Positions 1 to 13,087 of a DNA stretch of 64,000 nt are shown here, one piece after another. Position 1 is the stretch's first letter. Every line of letters begins with the position of its first letter. The stretch is taken from contig OX597836.1 in assembly GCA_951406725.2 (NCBI GenBank), forward strand, positions 42,470,001-42,534,000, in the 5' to 3' direction. The position numbers and the translations under genes were made by a program. This DNA is from Octopus vulgaris. Lineage: Eukaryota. The notes beneath the pieces are model-generated. The model saw only the letters and a list, made by a program, of their open reading frames with translations, was not told where the DNA came from and made no database searches.

Positions 1-290
1 TACCTACCTACCTACATACCTACCTACCTACCTACCTACCTGCCTTTCTACCTACCTGCCTGTCTACCTACCTACCTACATACCTACCTACTTACCTACC
101 TACCTGCCTGTCTACCTACCTACCTACCTACCTACCTACCTACCTACCTACCTACCTACCTACCTACCTACCTACCTACCTACCTTCCTACCTACCTACC
201 TACCTACCTTCCTACATACCTACCTACCTACTTACCTACCTACCTACCTACCTACCTACCCACCTACCTACCTACACCTTACCTACTTCT
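1..290. repeat. (CCTA)n microsatellite in intron 1 of copy A; homologous tracts at 23455-23548 and 56590-56942
   Basis: Direct reading; same intronic position in all three copies, with very different lengths. Confidence 0.95.
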
Positions 291-611
291 ACATAATATA
301 TAAAGCAGTCAAACCTCTCCCAAATTGCCCATCTTCTTCATAACATAGGACAGGATACATTAAATAATATAATCTTTGCCATAGACAGAATGGTTTACAG
401 GAGAAATACCTTTGATCATAGGTCAACCATCAACTCACCAAATGGTACAAAGACTTCAGTGACTGCCATTGTATGGGATTGAACCAGAAATGCTTTTCTC
501 TTTAGTCAGTAACTTAACTGTAAAACCTCAAGGATCCCTAATAACCTACAGAAACGCAAAATGCAATAAGGTTAACGTAAAAAAATGAGAAAACAATAGT
601 AAATTTCTTAC

Positions 612-791
612 AGTTTTCACAAGACTTGTTTTGCCAACATAAGGCAGTCCATAAACTTGTATTATTTGAGTATCTTCATCCTTGATCAAGATCTTCAGTT
701 TTTCCCTCTCATCATGTCGTCCAACAAAGTGTCTGCCAGAATTGCCTTGCTGTCTCATGTAATTGGGGGGTAATCGATATGGTGTTGCCAT
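612..791 (-). CDS. NB-ARC/STAND-TPR gene copy A, coding exon 1 (Walker A); remainder lies beyond the left window edge
   Basis: MATPYRLPPNYMRQQGNSGRHFVGR...GLPYVGKTSLVKT followed by a GTAAGA donor at 611; near-identical to exon 1 of copies B and C; acceptor TTTCAG with an upstream CTAAT branch-like site places the exon start at 1152. Confidence 0.85.
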
Positions 792-1815
792 ACTGATAAT
801 TTAGAAACTTCTTTCGTCTTTCTGAATTTTCAAAAGCTGGAATTCTGGTGAAGATAAACAGAAGAGATAATTGTTGTGTCATGGGATAAAGTGGGACCCT
901 CAACTATGCATGATGCTTAGAAAAAATAAAATTTTATAAATTTTCTACAAGAACAAAGTCTACATCAAACTTAGGTGATGGGACACTTGCAAATGATGGA
1001 GGGTTCGAAGAAGTCGTAGAGGATTCTGCTGTTGAATTGCTCGTGTCCCAGATAGATTGTTAATTAATCAAGGAACTGACTTTGTTAGATCAAGAGTAAA
1101 ATGAGTAATGGTCGTGCTGGATATCTTGGAAGTTTCCTTTACATCTTTGAAACTGAAACCAAAAAAGATTAGTATGACTGGAAACAAAAGTAAGAGCTTG
1201 TTACGGTTATCTCTTTAGATTTTCGGGAGAAATTGTAACCAGCAGTGGTTTGTTATGGTGTTTTGTATCCGAAGCAAATGAGTGCTGGCTATAATTTCTT
1301 TAGGAAATCTTTAGAGATGTCTTTAACATGTGATTTAATAGCACTGCTAACACAGGAGAAAACAGTATTGACTTATAAAAGTATTTAATATATTTTGCTG
1401 TATATTCATCATCATCATCATCATCGTTTAACATCTGCTTTCTATGCTAAACAGATGGCTGCACCAGGCTCCAATCTGATCTGGCAGAGTTTCTACAACT
1501 TGATGCCCTTCAGCTGGATGTCATCGGCACGAGGGCCAGTCAGGCGGTACTGGCAACGGCCACGCTCAAATGGTACTTTTTATGTGCCAGCTGCACAGGA
1601 GCCAGTCCAGCGGCACTGGCAACGACCTCGCTTGAATGGTACTTTTTATGTGCCACCAGCAAAAGTTCCAGTAAGTTGCTGACATAATTGTTTCTCGTAC
1701 GTATGTATGTATGTGTGTGTGTGTATGTATGTGTGAACGTATGAACATATGTATGTGTACGTGTGCTTGTGTGAGCAAATGCATATTTGTGTCTGTCTGT
1801 GTGTGTGTGTGTGTT

Positions 1816-1858
<43 letters not shown>

Positions 1859-2220
1859 ATGCATGTGTGTATTATCATTGAAAGCGGAGACAGATGCACA
1901 CGTAACTGGAATTCCACAAAGGTTTTTAAAAAATGAGCTGTGAGTCATCAGTATACATGCACAATTGTACAAACGGGGAAAGAGAGAGAAGGAGAAAGAG
2001 AGAGAAGGAGAGAGAGAGAAGGAGAGAGATAGAAAGATAGAGAGAGAGAGAGTAAGAGGGACTGACTGACAGTCAGAGACAGACAGAGGCAGAGACAGAG
2101 GCAAACAGTGATATTAATCACATCCTTATTCGAGTGTAAAGTATTATTACCCAAAAATGAATTCTAGATAATGTTTCATTCTGAGTGTTAGGACATTATC
2201 ACGGCCAGTTTTTTTTTCTT

Positions 2221-3758
2221 CACTGAGATTATATCATAACGATGAGATTATATCATAACACTGAGATTATATCATAACACTGAGATTATATCATAACACT
2301 GAGATTATATCATAACACTGAGATTATATCATAACACTGAGATTATATCATAACACTGAGATTATATCATAACACTGAGATTATATCATAAATGAGATTA
2401 TATCATAACACAGAGATTATATCATAATATTGAGATTATATCATAACACTGAGATTATATCATAATATTGAGATTATATCATAACACTGAGATTATATCA
2501 TAACGCTGACATTATATCATAACACTGAGATTATATCATAACACTGAGATTATATCATAACACTGAGATTATATCATAACACTGAGATTATATCATAACA
2601 CTGAGATTATATCATAACGCTGACATTATATCATAACGCTGAGATTATATCATAACACTGAGATTATATCATAACACTGAGATTATATCATAATACTGAG
2701 ATTATATCATAACGCTGACATTATATCATAACGCTGAGATTATATCATAACACTGAGATTATATCATAATATTGAGATTATATCATAACACTGAGATTAT
2801 ATCATAATACTGAGATTATATCATAACACTGAGATTATATCATAACACTGAGATTATATCATAACACTGAGATTATATCATAATACTGAGATTATATCAT
2901 AACACTGAGATTATATCATAACACTGAGATTATATCATAACACTGAGATTATATCATAACACTGAGATTATATCATAATATTGAGATTATATCATAACAC
3001 TGAGATTATATCATAATATTGAGATTATATCATAACACTGAGATTATATCATAATATTGAGATTATATCATAACACTGAGATTATATCATAACGCTGACA
3101 TTATATCATAACACTGAGATTATATCATAACACTGAGATTATATCATAACACTGAGATTATATCATAACACTGAGATTATATCATAACACTGAGATTATA
3201 TCATAATACTGAGATTATATCATAACACTGAGATTATATCATAACACTGAGATTATATCATAACACTGAGATTATATCATAACACTGAGATTATATCATA
3301 ATACTGAGATTATATCATAACACTGAGATTATATCATAATACTGAGATTATATCATAACACTGAGATTATATCATAACACTGAGATTATATCATAATACT
3401 GAGATTATATCATAATACTGAGATTATATCATAATACTGAGATTATATCATAACACTGAGATTATATCATAACACTGAGATTATATCATAATACTGAGAT
3501 TATATCATAACACTGAGATTATATCATAACACTGAGATTATATCATAACACTGAGATTATATCACAACACTGAGATTATATCATAACACTGAGATTATAT
3601 CATAACACTGAGATTATATCATAATACTGAGATTATATCATAATACTGAGATTATATCATAACGCTGACATTATATCATAACGCTGAGATTATGTCATAA
3701 CACTGAGATTATATCATAATATTGAGATTATATCATAACACTGAGATTATATCATAAC
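2221..3758. repeat. 19-bp minisatellite (CACTGAGATTATATCATAA)n, about 80 copies
   Basis: Direct reading; variant units begin TAC, TAT or CGC(TGACA). Confidence 0.95.
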
Positions 3759-3779
3759 AATGCAAGAACAGAACTATTA

Positions 3780-4790
3780 TGAAGAAAACTAGTTTTAGTT
3801 TTACAATTTTCAGTTAGGGGCCCAGTCCCTCCGAACGTCTTAAATGCCACAAGTTGGAAGAGAATGTTCACTGTTAGGTCCCAGTACTTCAGGGTTTTCT
3901 TCTATTCGGCTACGGAAGCAGTAACCCTCCCATTAATTGCAGCATCCAAGATGAGGTGGGGAAAAATGAGCTTCAGACTGTGGTGTCCCAAATGAGGGGC
4001 ATACCTCTGACCCAGGGACAGAGGGTAAGACCATCTGGTCTCTTTCCACCACTTCGGGATAACCTCAAAGGCTCCTGGACTGAGAAGATATTAATCTGAG
4101 CTAGGGTTTGCTTAATAATTAGGTTTAGTTCGGTGTGATGAGCAAAACAAACCAGCATTTGGGTGGTAAGACAGACTGTGAAGACCTGTGGGGTTGAAGG
4201 GGCTACTAAATTTCTCTCACTCTCTCCTCCTGCATCTAGCAGCTCACCTGAGAGAGACAGGCATCCCATCCAGGTGGGGTACCTATACGCCAATGAAACC
4301 GGAAAACTGGTCCTTAGGAGCCAGGTATGGCTTGAGAAGGAACAAACAACAACAACTTACATGTAACGCAAAATTTTTTTCAAGTACCTTTAAAATACTT
4401 TTATGGGTCCCTAATTCACTATTTTGTTGTCTAGACCCTAAAATAACTTTTATGGACCCTGGTTGAGAACCACCGATCTAGACTGAGTAGACCCCCAATG
4501 TGGCCACAGGCATCAATCCAGTTCCCCAGAATTTTGCATGAGTTGAAATTAGGTGACGCCTTGAAAATTAATCAGATTGATCAAGGAGAGAGTTGAGAGT
4601 GGCACCTGAATGCAGATTGTCCCACACTCTCTGTTTCTGTCTATCCTCCACTGTAACCGGAACTGACAAACCCAGCTTTCTCCCCACTGTGATAGAGCTT
4701 CATCCATCTCCCTGTTGGAGTTAGTCCATGTTGGAGGAGAGAAGATGTTGCCTACCGGAGGGGAACAGGCGTGGTTGGAATATGGTGTTT
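3780..4790 (-). mobile_element. Degenerate CRE-like non-LTR retrotransposon (restriction-like endonuclease region)
   Basis: KRPDGLTLCPWVRGMPLIWDTTV motif; related fragments at 15670-15980, 18000-18825, 51340-51735 and 53250-53945. Confidence 0.65.
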
Positions 4791-5159
4791 TGAGTGTGTG
4801 TGTACAACATGGTCGCGGTCCAGTGACTGAAACAAATAAAAGATATTTAAAATAATAATCACCTGCTCCTGATGTTGATGTCCTTTAAACTCACTTCAAT
4901 CCTGAACAAGCAGACCCATAGGTTCAAATAGACGTCTAAGCTGTGACCATCACCTCTTATTTTAAAACACTGTGTATCTAGGGCTATATAATCCAATGTG
5001 CCTAGATCTTCTTCATTCTTTAACGACGACAGCGGCTGATATAAATGTGGAAAAACTGAATTTTTCTCCTTCATTACCTCACGAAAACTACACACTGAAT
5101 GAGTATCCGGGTGGGTTATTCCCCCTCCTTGTCACAGTCTAATTACTCTATCGGCTCAA

Positions 5160-5632
<473 letters not shown>

Positions 5633-5649
5633 TCCTGTATCTGTCTAGT

Positions 5650-5930
5650 ATTTAGTGCTATCAGAGAGACTATGTGACATTTCAAATGCTGTATGCACGG
5701 ATCTCAAACGCCTACCTCCATTATCTCTTCCCAGGTAGGGAAACCTGTCGACATCACTATTTCTGTGGAGATTTCTGGTTGACATCCAGAACCTTGCGGG
5801 TGTTAATGTCTATGCAGTGGATTTCTTCTACAGACCAGTCAAGCGTCCCAAATGTCCGAATTGTTCTTGGAATTTATGTATTTGTTGCAGGTACTCGAAG
5901 TTTTTTAAGAGAGAGTTTTTCAAGAGTACA
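5650..5930 (-). mobile_element. Degenerate R4/Dong-like LINE RT fragment (copies at 14375-14640 + and 49125-49380 +)
   Basis: With frameshifts it translates as TFGTLDWSVEEIHCIDINTRKVL...NLHRNSDVDRF.LP...GRRLRSV, resembling the 'RLYLPRKEGGRGL' region of R4-clade elements. Confidence 0.55.
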
Positions 5931-7215
5931 TATACTGTTTACCAGAGAACATCCTGCTTACCAAAGAACATACTGCATAACCATTCCAGTTTACCAGTTC
6001 CACTCGAACCGTCTAACACATACCAGCAGAGAAATCGGGTGCTAGATGATGATGATGATGATGATGATGTGTGTGTGTGCATGTGCGTGTGTGTGTGAGT
6101 GTCCATGCGTGTGTGCATGCATATGTGTTGTCTTTGTTGCGTAGCCTGCTGCTACGTTGACTGAGATCTCTAATGGAAGACATTCCGACCACGACCTGTT
6201 CAACTTCTTACATTTATCTACAACAAAATTCCACAGTGTCCTTCGTTTTTCAAGTCAACAAAATGCATTCAGCTGGAGCTTCCCTATTTCTAGCAGGTTA
6301 GCCAACCACTTAGAGACACAGCCTTGTCTGTCTGTGTGTTTATTTGTATAATTGTATATGTAGACGTGTGTGTGTGTGTGTGTGTGTATGTGTGTGTGCA
6401 TCGGAGAAGATTGTATGTGTTTACTTGTTTTAGAGTATACTAGTGTAAGCTATATGTGTGAGCATGTCTGTGTATATTGATACAGATTGATTGTATGTAT
6501 GTATGTATGTATTTATGTATGTATTTATGTATGTATGTATGTATGTATGTATGTATGTATGTATGTATGTATGTTTGTGTGTGTGTATGTATTTATGTAT
6601 GTATGTATGTATGTATGTATATATATATATGTATATATTTATGTCAGGTCACTTTGAGTTGCTACTGGTAACATGTAACCCAGTACAACCTGTTGCATGG
6701 TCGGGTCGTCGGCGACTAAACCGGCAACCCCACCAAGCTTGCTTGGTGAGGAGGGTGTTTATTGGACACCCTGCGGGATGAAAAACAAAACCCGTCAAAG
6801 GGCGGAGGAACTCTTGAGAGTCAACGGCCATCCAATAAATGTCTTAAGGCTGTATCATTTCGCGGGGACATAGAAATAATCGGACTGAATACCCGATCGT
6901 GCGGCTAAACCATTGGGAGTGAAGGACTCCTAGCTTTGTTAGGGCATCCTTCTAGGAGAAGGTAGCTCAGGTAACTGGGATAACTCCGACATAAAACCTG
7001 CGGCTCAGTGGTTACCGATGATGTTGACTTGTTCTTCTTTTCGGATTATGGCTGCTGTTGCTTAGTGAGTGGGATTGACTCAGTGCACAGCCTTTCCTCA
7101 CTTTAAAAAAAATCTTCTTGCACAGGCATTGCACGATAACAACATTGATTAAGCTTCGTGCAATGGCCATACTCGATAACGAGGGGGCAGCCACCATGTA
7201 TGTATGTATGTATGA

Positions 7216-7248
<33 letters not shown>

Positions 7249-7759
7249 TGTATGTATGTATGTATGTATGTATGTGCATTTGTCTGAGCATGTGCAGGGC
7301 AGTTGTGGAAGATGGAGGCCGTTCTCAAAACGCTGAACGTTATGAAGGCGGTAATAGAGGACCAAGACATGTGGTGCATTCCTGTACTTGAGAAGACTCA
7401 CCTACCACAACAGAATTGAGATCCTAAAACGAAGGTGCATGTAAAAAGCGTTGGTGTGGGTGCTGGTGTCACGTAAAAAGCGCCAAGTACACTCTGTAAT
7501 GTGGTCGGCATTAGGAAGGACATCCAGCCATAGAAACCAATACAAAACAGACAGTGGAACCTGGTTTGGTCCCCGGCCTTTACCAGTTCCTATCAAGCCA
7601 TCCAGCTCCTGTCAAAATGGAAAAGAGACCGTAAATGTTGCGGCTGCTGCTGCGTATGAGTGAATTGAAGTAAGGTGTAGAATGTGTGTGTGTGTGTGTA
7701 TGTGTGTGTGTGTATGTGTGTGTGTGTGTGTGTGTTTGCATGTCTGTGATATAGGTGTG

Positions 7760-8140
7760 GTGGCACAATGGCCCAGTGCTTAGGGCAGCGGACCCCCAGT
7801 CGTAGGATCGCGGTTTCGATTCTCAGACCGGGCGTTGTGAGTGTTTATTGAGCGAAAACACCTATGGTTCCTCGAGGCACCTACAAGGGGTGGTGGCGAA
7901 CTCTGCTTCACTCTTTCACCAGAACTTTCTCTCACTCTTTCTTCCTGTTTCTGTTGTACATGTACTTCAAAGGGCCAGCCTTGTCACAATCTGTGTCACG
8001 CTGAATCTCCCCCGAGAACTACGTTAAGGGTACACGTATCTGTGGAGTGTTGAGCCACTTGCACGTTAATTTCACGAGCAAGTTGTTCCTTTGATCGTAT
8101 CAACTGGAACCCTCGCCGTTGTAACCGACGGAGTGTCACG
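7760..8140 (+). mobile_element. tRNA-derived SINE (related copies at 42410-42806 + and 46915-47285 -)
   Basis: Box A/B-like head (TGGCCCAGTG...GGTTTCGATTC) and three homologous copies in the window. Confidence 0.7.
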
Positions 8141-8489
8141 TAAAGACATTGGTGCAAATATCTTGTACTTCATCTCTAGGAGGAGATAACTCCTGAAAAA
8201 GGAACGTAACTCAAGGTACACTCAAATCTGAAGTATTAGATAAAAATGTATACCAAATTAACTACTGGGGTTGATATCGAAGTAAGTGCTACAGCATGAC
8301 CACAGTCCAGTGACTAAATCCAATAATGTGACATGACTAATCAGAGGGCTCCTGTGAATTTTTGGAGGGAAGCAAGGATGAACTGAATTATATTTCCCTC
8401 AGTACATAACTGGTACTTGCTCTATTAAACCTGAAGTGATGAACAACTAAGTAAACTCCAGCAGGATTTTGATACCCAACATAAAAAGG

Positions 8490-10082
8490 GCCATTCAACT
8501 TCTTAAAACCCGGAAAAACCGTTACTGCAGAAACCTGTAGCGTAGTTCGGGGATATTCTCACTGTTTGAGAGATATATTAGAAATGATATCGCGTTAGAT
8601 AGCAACCATTTTCGGCTATTTGGATCCTGTTGTCCACTACTCTCATTGGTTGGCATTGGCGTAGTTTGTCTCTTGACTTATTTCGCGCCAATGTGTGAAC
8701 CAACCAATCAGAACTTTCCAATATAATCACGTGACACAGTCTTTTGGATTTTCTTCTGGAGCCTCTAGCAGGTTATAAAAGGCGCCAGCAAATCACAATA
8801 TCTTGGTCTTTGGTTCTAGTCCTTCTAAGGACTAACCTCTGACCACAGAGCGACTCAACCAGGTTCCAGCGACTCAACCAGTTCCAGTTCCAGCGACAGA
8901 CAACATGCAACAACTCAGGACACTTTCTCCACCGTCGCCATCACCATCGTCATCTTCACTCATGACGCCGTCATCAACACCGACGCCAAGTTTATCGTCG
9001 CCCTTCAACTTCATGTCGTCTCCACCAACGCCTATACGTACACAGCAACTCCCTCTGGTTTAGCTTATACGCAATTGTGATATTCACCAAGGTTAACAGC
9101 ACAGCCCCACCGGCGAGATCTTCTGTACCAATGGAATCTCAGCACAGCATTGAAGCCACAACCGCTACACGACATGTGTTCAACCGGCATTCCACACTTG
9201 TGACCCCCAACATCCTGTTCCAGAACGTACTGCGATCGTGTACCTGTACGAACAGGTATTTATCTCCGTCTGAAATACTCTGAGAGACTCTTTTCTATGC
9301 TCTGTATTTTGTCTAACACGCATACACCTTGTTTGTATTTATTTTCACTCTTGTAACGCTCACACGAACACACAGACACACATGTGCACGCACTCATACA
9401 CTACACTCTGCTACCACCCATACTTTATCCTATTGTACACTTCTGTAAATAAAAGCTATCTTTCTCTCAAGCAGTAGAACGGTTGTGTCGTCTTTCTTAT
9501 TTATTTTGGCACTTATTCATTTATACCGTATATTTCACTTATTCTTAGCAGGGTGACCGTGCGGCGTTCAAAAGGAAACATTTCTATCACCAACTCCTTT
9601 ACGTGCGGTCGTTTTACTACAAGTATATTGACATGAAATTGCCAAAATGTACAAAAAAAAACTTTTACTCCTCCGTCCAAACTGGTTAAAAGAAGGGGGC
9701 CAACCATTCTTCATGACAATGCTCGACCACATGTTTCACTAGAGACGCTCCAGAAGTTGAAGGAACTTGGCTACGACGTTCTTCCCCACCCAGCCTATTC
9801 CCCAGACCTTTCTTCTAACGACCATCAATTTTTCAAGCACCTTGATGGTTTGCTGCGAGAGAAGGAGTTCAAAAATCAAACCGATGCTGAAAGTGCGTTA
9901 AAACAGTTCATCAGCTCCAGAACTCCAGGTTCTTATGCTACCGGAATAAACAAACTTTTCACTCGTTGGCAAAAATGTGTTGATTGTAATGGTACTTGGA
10001 TGAATAAAATTTCCGCACTGTTGAAATATACTGTGATGAATTTCATGTTTCAAAACGTTGCTTACTTTTTACTCAGCCTGAC
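8490..10082 (+). mobile_element. Degenerate mariner transposon interrupted by an LTR-like insert
   Basis: FLKPGKTVTAE before the insert; ILHDNARPH, PHPAYSPDL and RWQKCV after it; mariner-like TIR near 10055-10082. Confidence 0.8.
8536..9621 (+). mobile_element. Probable solo LTR
   Basis: TGTAG...CTACA termini, several CCAAT boxes, TATAAAA near 8774, AATAAA near 9448; splits the mariner coding sequence; no clean TSD visible. Confidence 0.6.
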
Positions 10083-10094
10083 ATAGATACATAG

Positions 10095-10187
<93 letters not shown>

Positions 10188-10823
10188 GGTATGTTGGTGC
10201 CGACAGGAAAAATAGAACTCAAAATATGTGTATATGTATATTTTTATTAATATTAAGCAGAAGTAACAAAGTGACTCAAGATTGAGAAGTGCCAACGCAT
10301 GAAACTCTGGGACCCCGAGTCACGCTGTTAAATATATATATATATATATATTAGAAATTGAAAAAGGAAAATACTCACACTTACATAGTTTTAATATAAT
10401 TTTTAATATATCGACAGGTTTCGCTATCGCTATTTATGATATTATGTTTCACTTATTTGAATATATATTTATTCTTAAGAAGAAATTTTGTCCATGTTTT
10501 GTGTGATGAAATTCACGAGTGAATGACTTCAAGTAGATAAATAAAGGGAGGTAATTGGTTGTCGTTATTATTGTTCATGAATAGCGATAGCGAAACCGGT
10601 CGATATATTAAGAATTATATTAAAACTATGTAAGTGTGCGTATTTTCCTTTTCTAATTTCTTATATACATTATACTCACCACGTGGGGATAATCGAAATT
10701 CCTCTTTTCTGTTACTACTACTAGATAAATATATATATATATATATATAATTAAATACATACATATATACATCCATCCATCCATCCATCCATCCATCCAT
10801 CCATCCATCCATCCATACATACA

Positions 10824-10894
<71 letters not shown>

Positions 10895-11054
10895 TGAAAT
10901 TTACAGAAAAACCAAAGACGAAAGCAGGTGTATTACTTTGGCGCTCGGGAAAGTGAGAATGTCTTTTACGTTTCAAGCCTACGCTCTTCAACCGAAAGGA
11001 ACACGAGGAAATAAACAGAGAGAGCATAAAAACTTTTGGAGTTAGCGGTCAATG

Positions 11055-11089
<35 letters not shown>

Positions 11090-11129
11090 TGTATGTATGT
11101 ATGTATATATCTTTCTATCTATCTATCTA

Positions 11130-11190
<61 letters not shown>

Positions 11191-11644
11191 AATCAAAATA
11201 AGCAACAAATATATCCAAAGTAGTGTAGTACAATCGTTTCATGCTAAGTATTACATCAGTCGTGCAATCTTCAGCCACATATAGAATTTTTTAATAAAAT
11301 GAAGTAGCATGAAACGATTGTACTACACTACCTTGGATATCCTTGTTGCTTATTTTGATTATAATCACCCCATTTGATTTATATGGATAATAGCACACCA
11401 AATTTTGGTGCCTTTAACTTAAGTACCATATTCATCTGAAACTAAATTTTGCTGAACATATATATATATACATATATAATGTATACAAATTATATATATA
11501 TGTATATAAATACAGATATATACACTTTGTATATATACATTATATATACATATTTATATATAGAACACACACACACACACTCACACACACACTTATATAA
11601 ATTAACCCAATAAATATCTGATTCATAATATTTGTTCTCATGAT

Positions 11645-11773
11645 TGTGTGGTGCATGTGGCGATGTGTGGTGCATGTGGCGATGTGTGGTGCATGTGGCG
11701 ATGTGTGGTGCATGTGGCGATGTGTGGTGCATGTGGCGATGTGTGGTGCATGTGGCGATGTGTGGTGCATGTG
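11645..11773. repeat. 19-bp tandem repeat (TGTGTGGTGCATGTGGCGA), 6-7 copies
   Basis: Direct reading. Confidence 0.9.
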
Positions 11774-12584
11774 TTCTCTCTATGAATACAGACAGGTGTA
11801 GAGAGAGAGTGTGAAAGCGCTGTCGAATACGGTGGGGTAAGATATAGGACGCTGTGAAACGACGTTATAAGAGAGAACGTGAAGGGAAGGGAGGAAAGAG
11901 AGAGACACGGAGGAAGACAGATACATAAAAGAATGAGAGGAGACTTGTCAAAGTGTGCTTTTTTTTGCCCTACCAACGACACCTTTTAAGATAGGGATTT
12001 CTAAGCTAGCCCAGTCTCATCCTCACCTCATTTTAGATGGCACTGTAAATTTTGGAGTCAATCCGACGGGATCTAGTGCCCTTTAACCCGTTCCAATGCC
12101 AAAACCAGACAAACAAACTTTTTGCATTTCATAATTATAGATATTGATATATATATATCATATGTAACGGATAATGCATATGCTGGAAGGCAAAGATGAT
12201 GTTGATTTCACGAAAGAAAAAACAATGGCCAAAGTTGTAAATAACATATTTATTTTTCCATTACATATAATTAAAACCAAACCACGACGGGCAGACGTGT
12301 ATAAAAACAGTTGGATAGCATACGAGGTAACAAGAGTTATATTTTCTTGAGAAATGTGGATAGCGTTCGATTTACTTATTCTCTGTCGATCGAGCAGCCG
12401 TGAGTAAGAAAGAAAGATACAGGACAACTGCATCGTTGGTGAATTCCATAGCTGTCCCTCTATGACGTTCTGTGGAGACGGTATTTGGAACCGGTCGGCC
12501 TGCTCTTTGTCTGTTGTCTCCCCAAATGTTTGTATTTATAGTAATATACTTGTCTACTCTAGGGGCTAGTAAAAAAAAAAAAGA

Positions 12585-12972
12585 GAGGACAAATGAGGAT
12601 AGACAAACAGATTAAGTCGATTATATCGACCCCCAGTGCGTAACTGGTACTTAATTTATCGACCCCGAAAGGATGAAAGACAAAGTCGACCTCGGCGGAA
12701 TTTGAACTCAGAACGTAACGACAGACGAAATACTTATTTCTATTTCTTTATTGCCCACAAGGGGCTGAACACAGAGGGGACAAACAAGGACAGACATAGG
12801 TATTAAGTCGATTACATCGACCCCAGTGCGTAACTGGTACTTAATTTATCGACCCCGAAAGGATGAAAGACAAAGTCGACCTCGGCGGAATTTGAACTCA
12901 GAACGTAACAACAGACGAAATACCGCTCAGCATTTCGCCCGGCGTGCTAAGGTTTCTGCCAGCTCGCCGCCT
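12585..12972 (-). mobile_element. Abundant SINE with internal tandem duplication (family also at 18840-19070, 34255-34670, 54325-54545, 59060-59477)
   Basis: Shared core GAGTTCAAATTCCGCCGAGGTCGACTTTGCCTTTCATCCTTTCGGGGTCGATAAATTAAGTACCAG in many copies. Confidence 0.85.
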
Positions 12973-13087
12973 TATTTATAGCAATATACACAGCAGTTAC
13001 ACGGATGTACACACCGTTGTGAACAAAGGGTGGATGGATGTAGGTCGACCCTTATCGTACGTGAACTTTTTATGATACTCACGGTTC

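Noticed and set aside
2221-3758. Possible CRISPR array
   Set aside because: Contiguous tandem units with no unique spacers, no cas genes, eukaryotic context
5674-6045. 123-aa ORF repeated near each gene copy, considered as a partner gene
   Set aside because: Opposite strand of a decayed R4-like LINE fragment carried in the duplicated block; the frame is not preserved among copies
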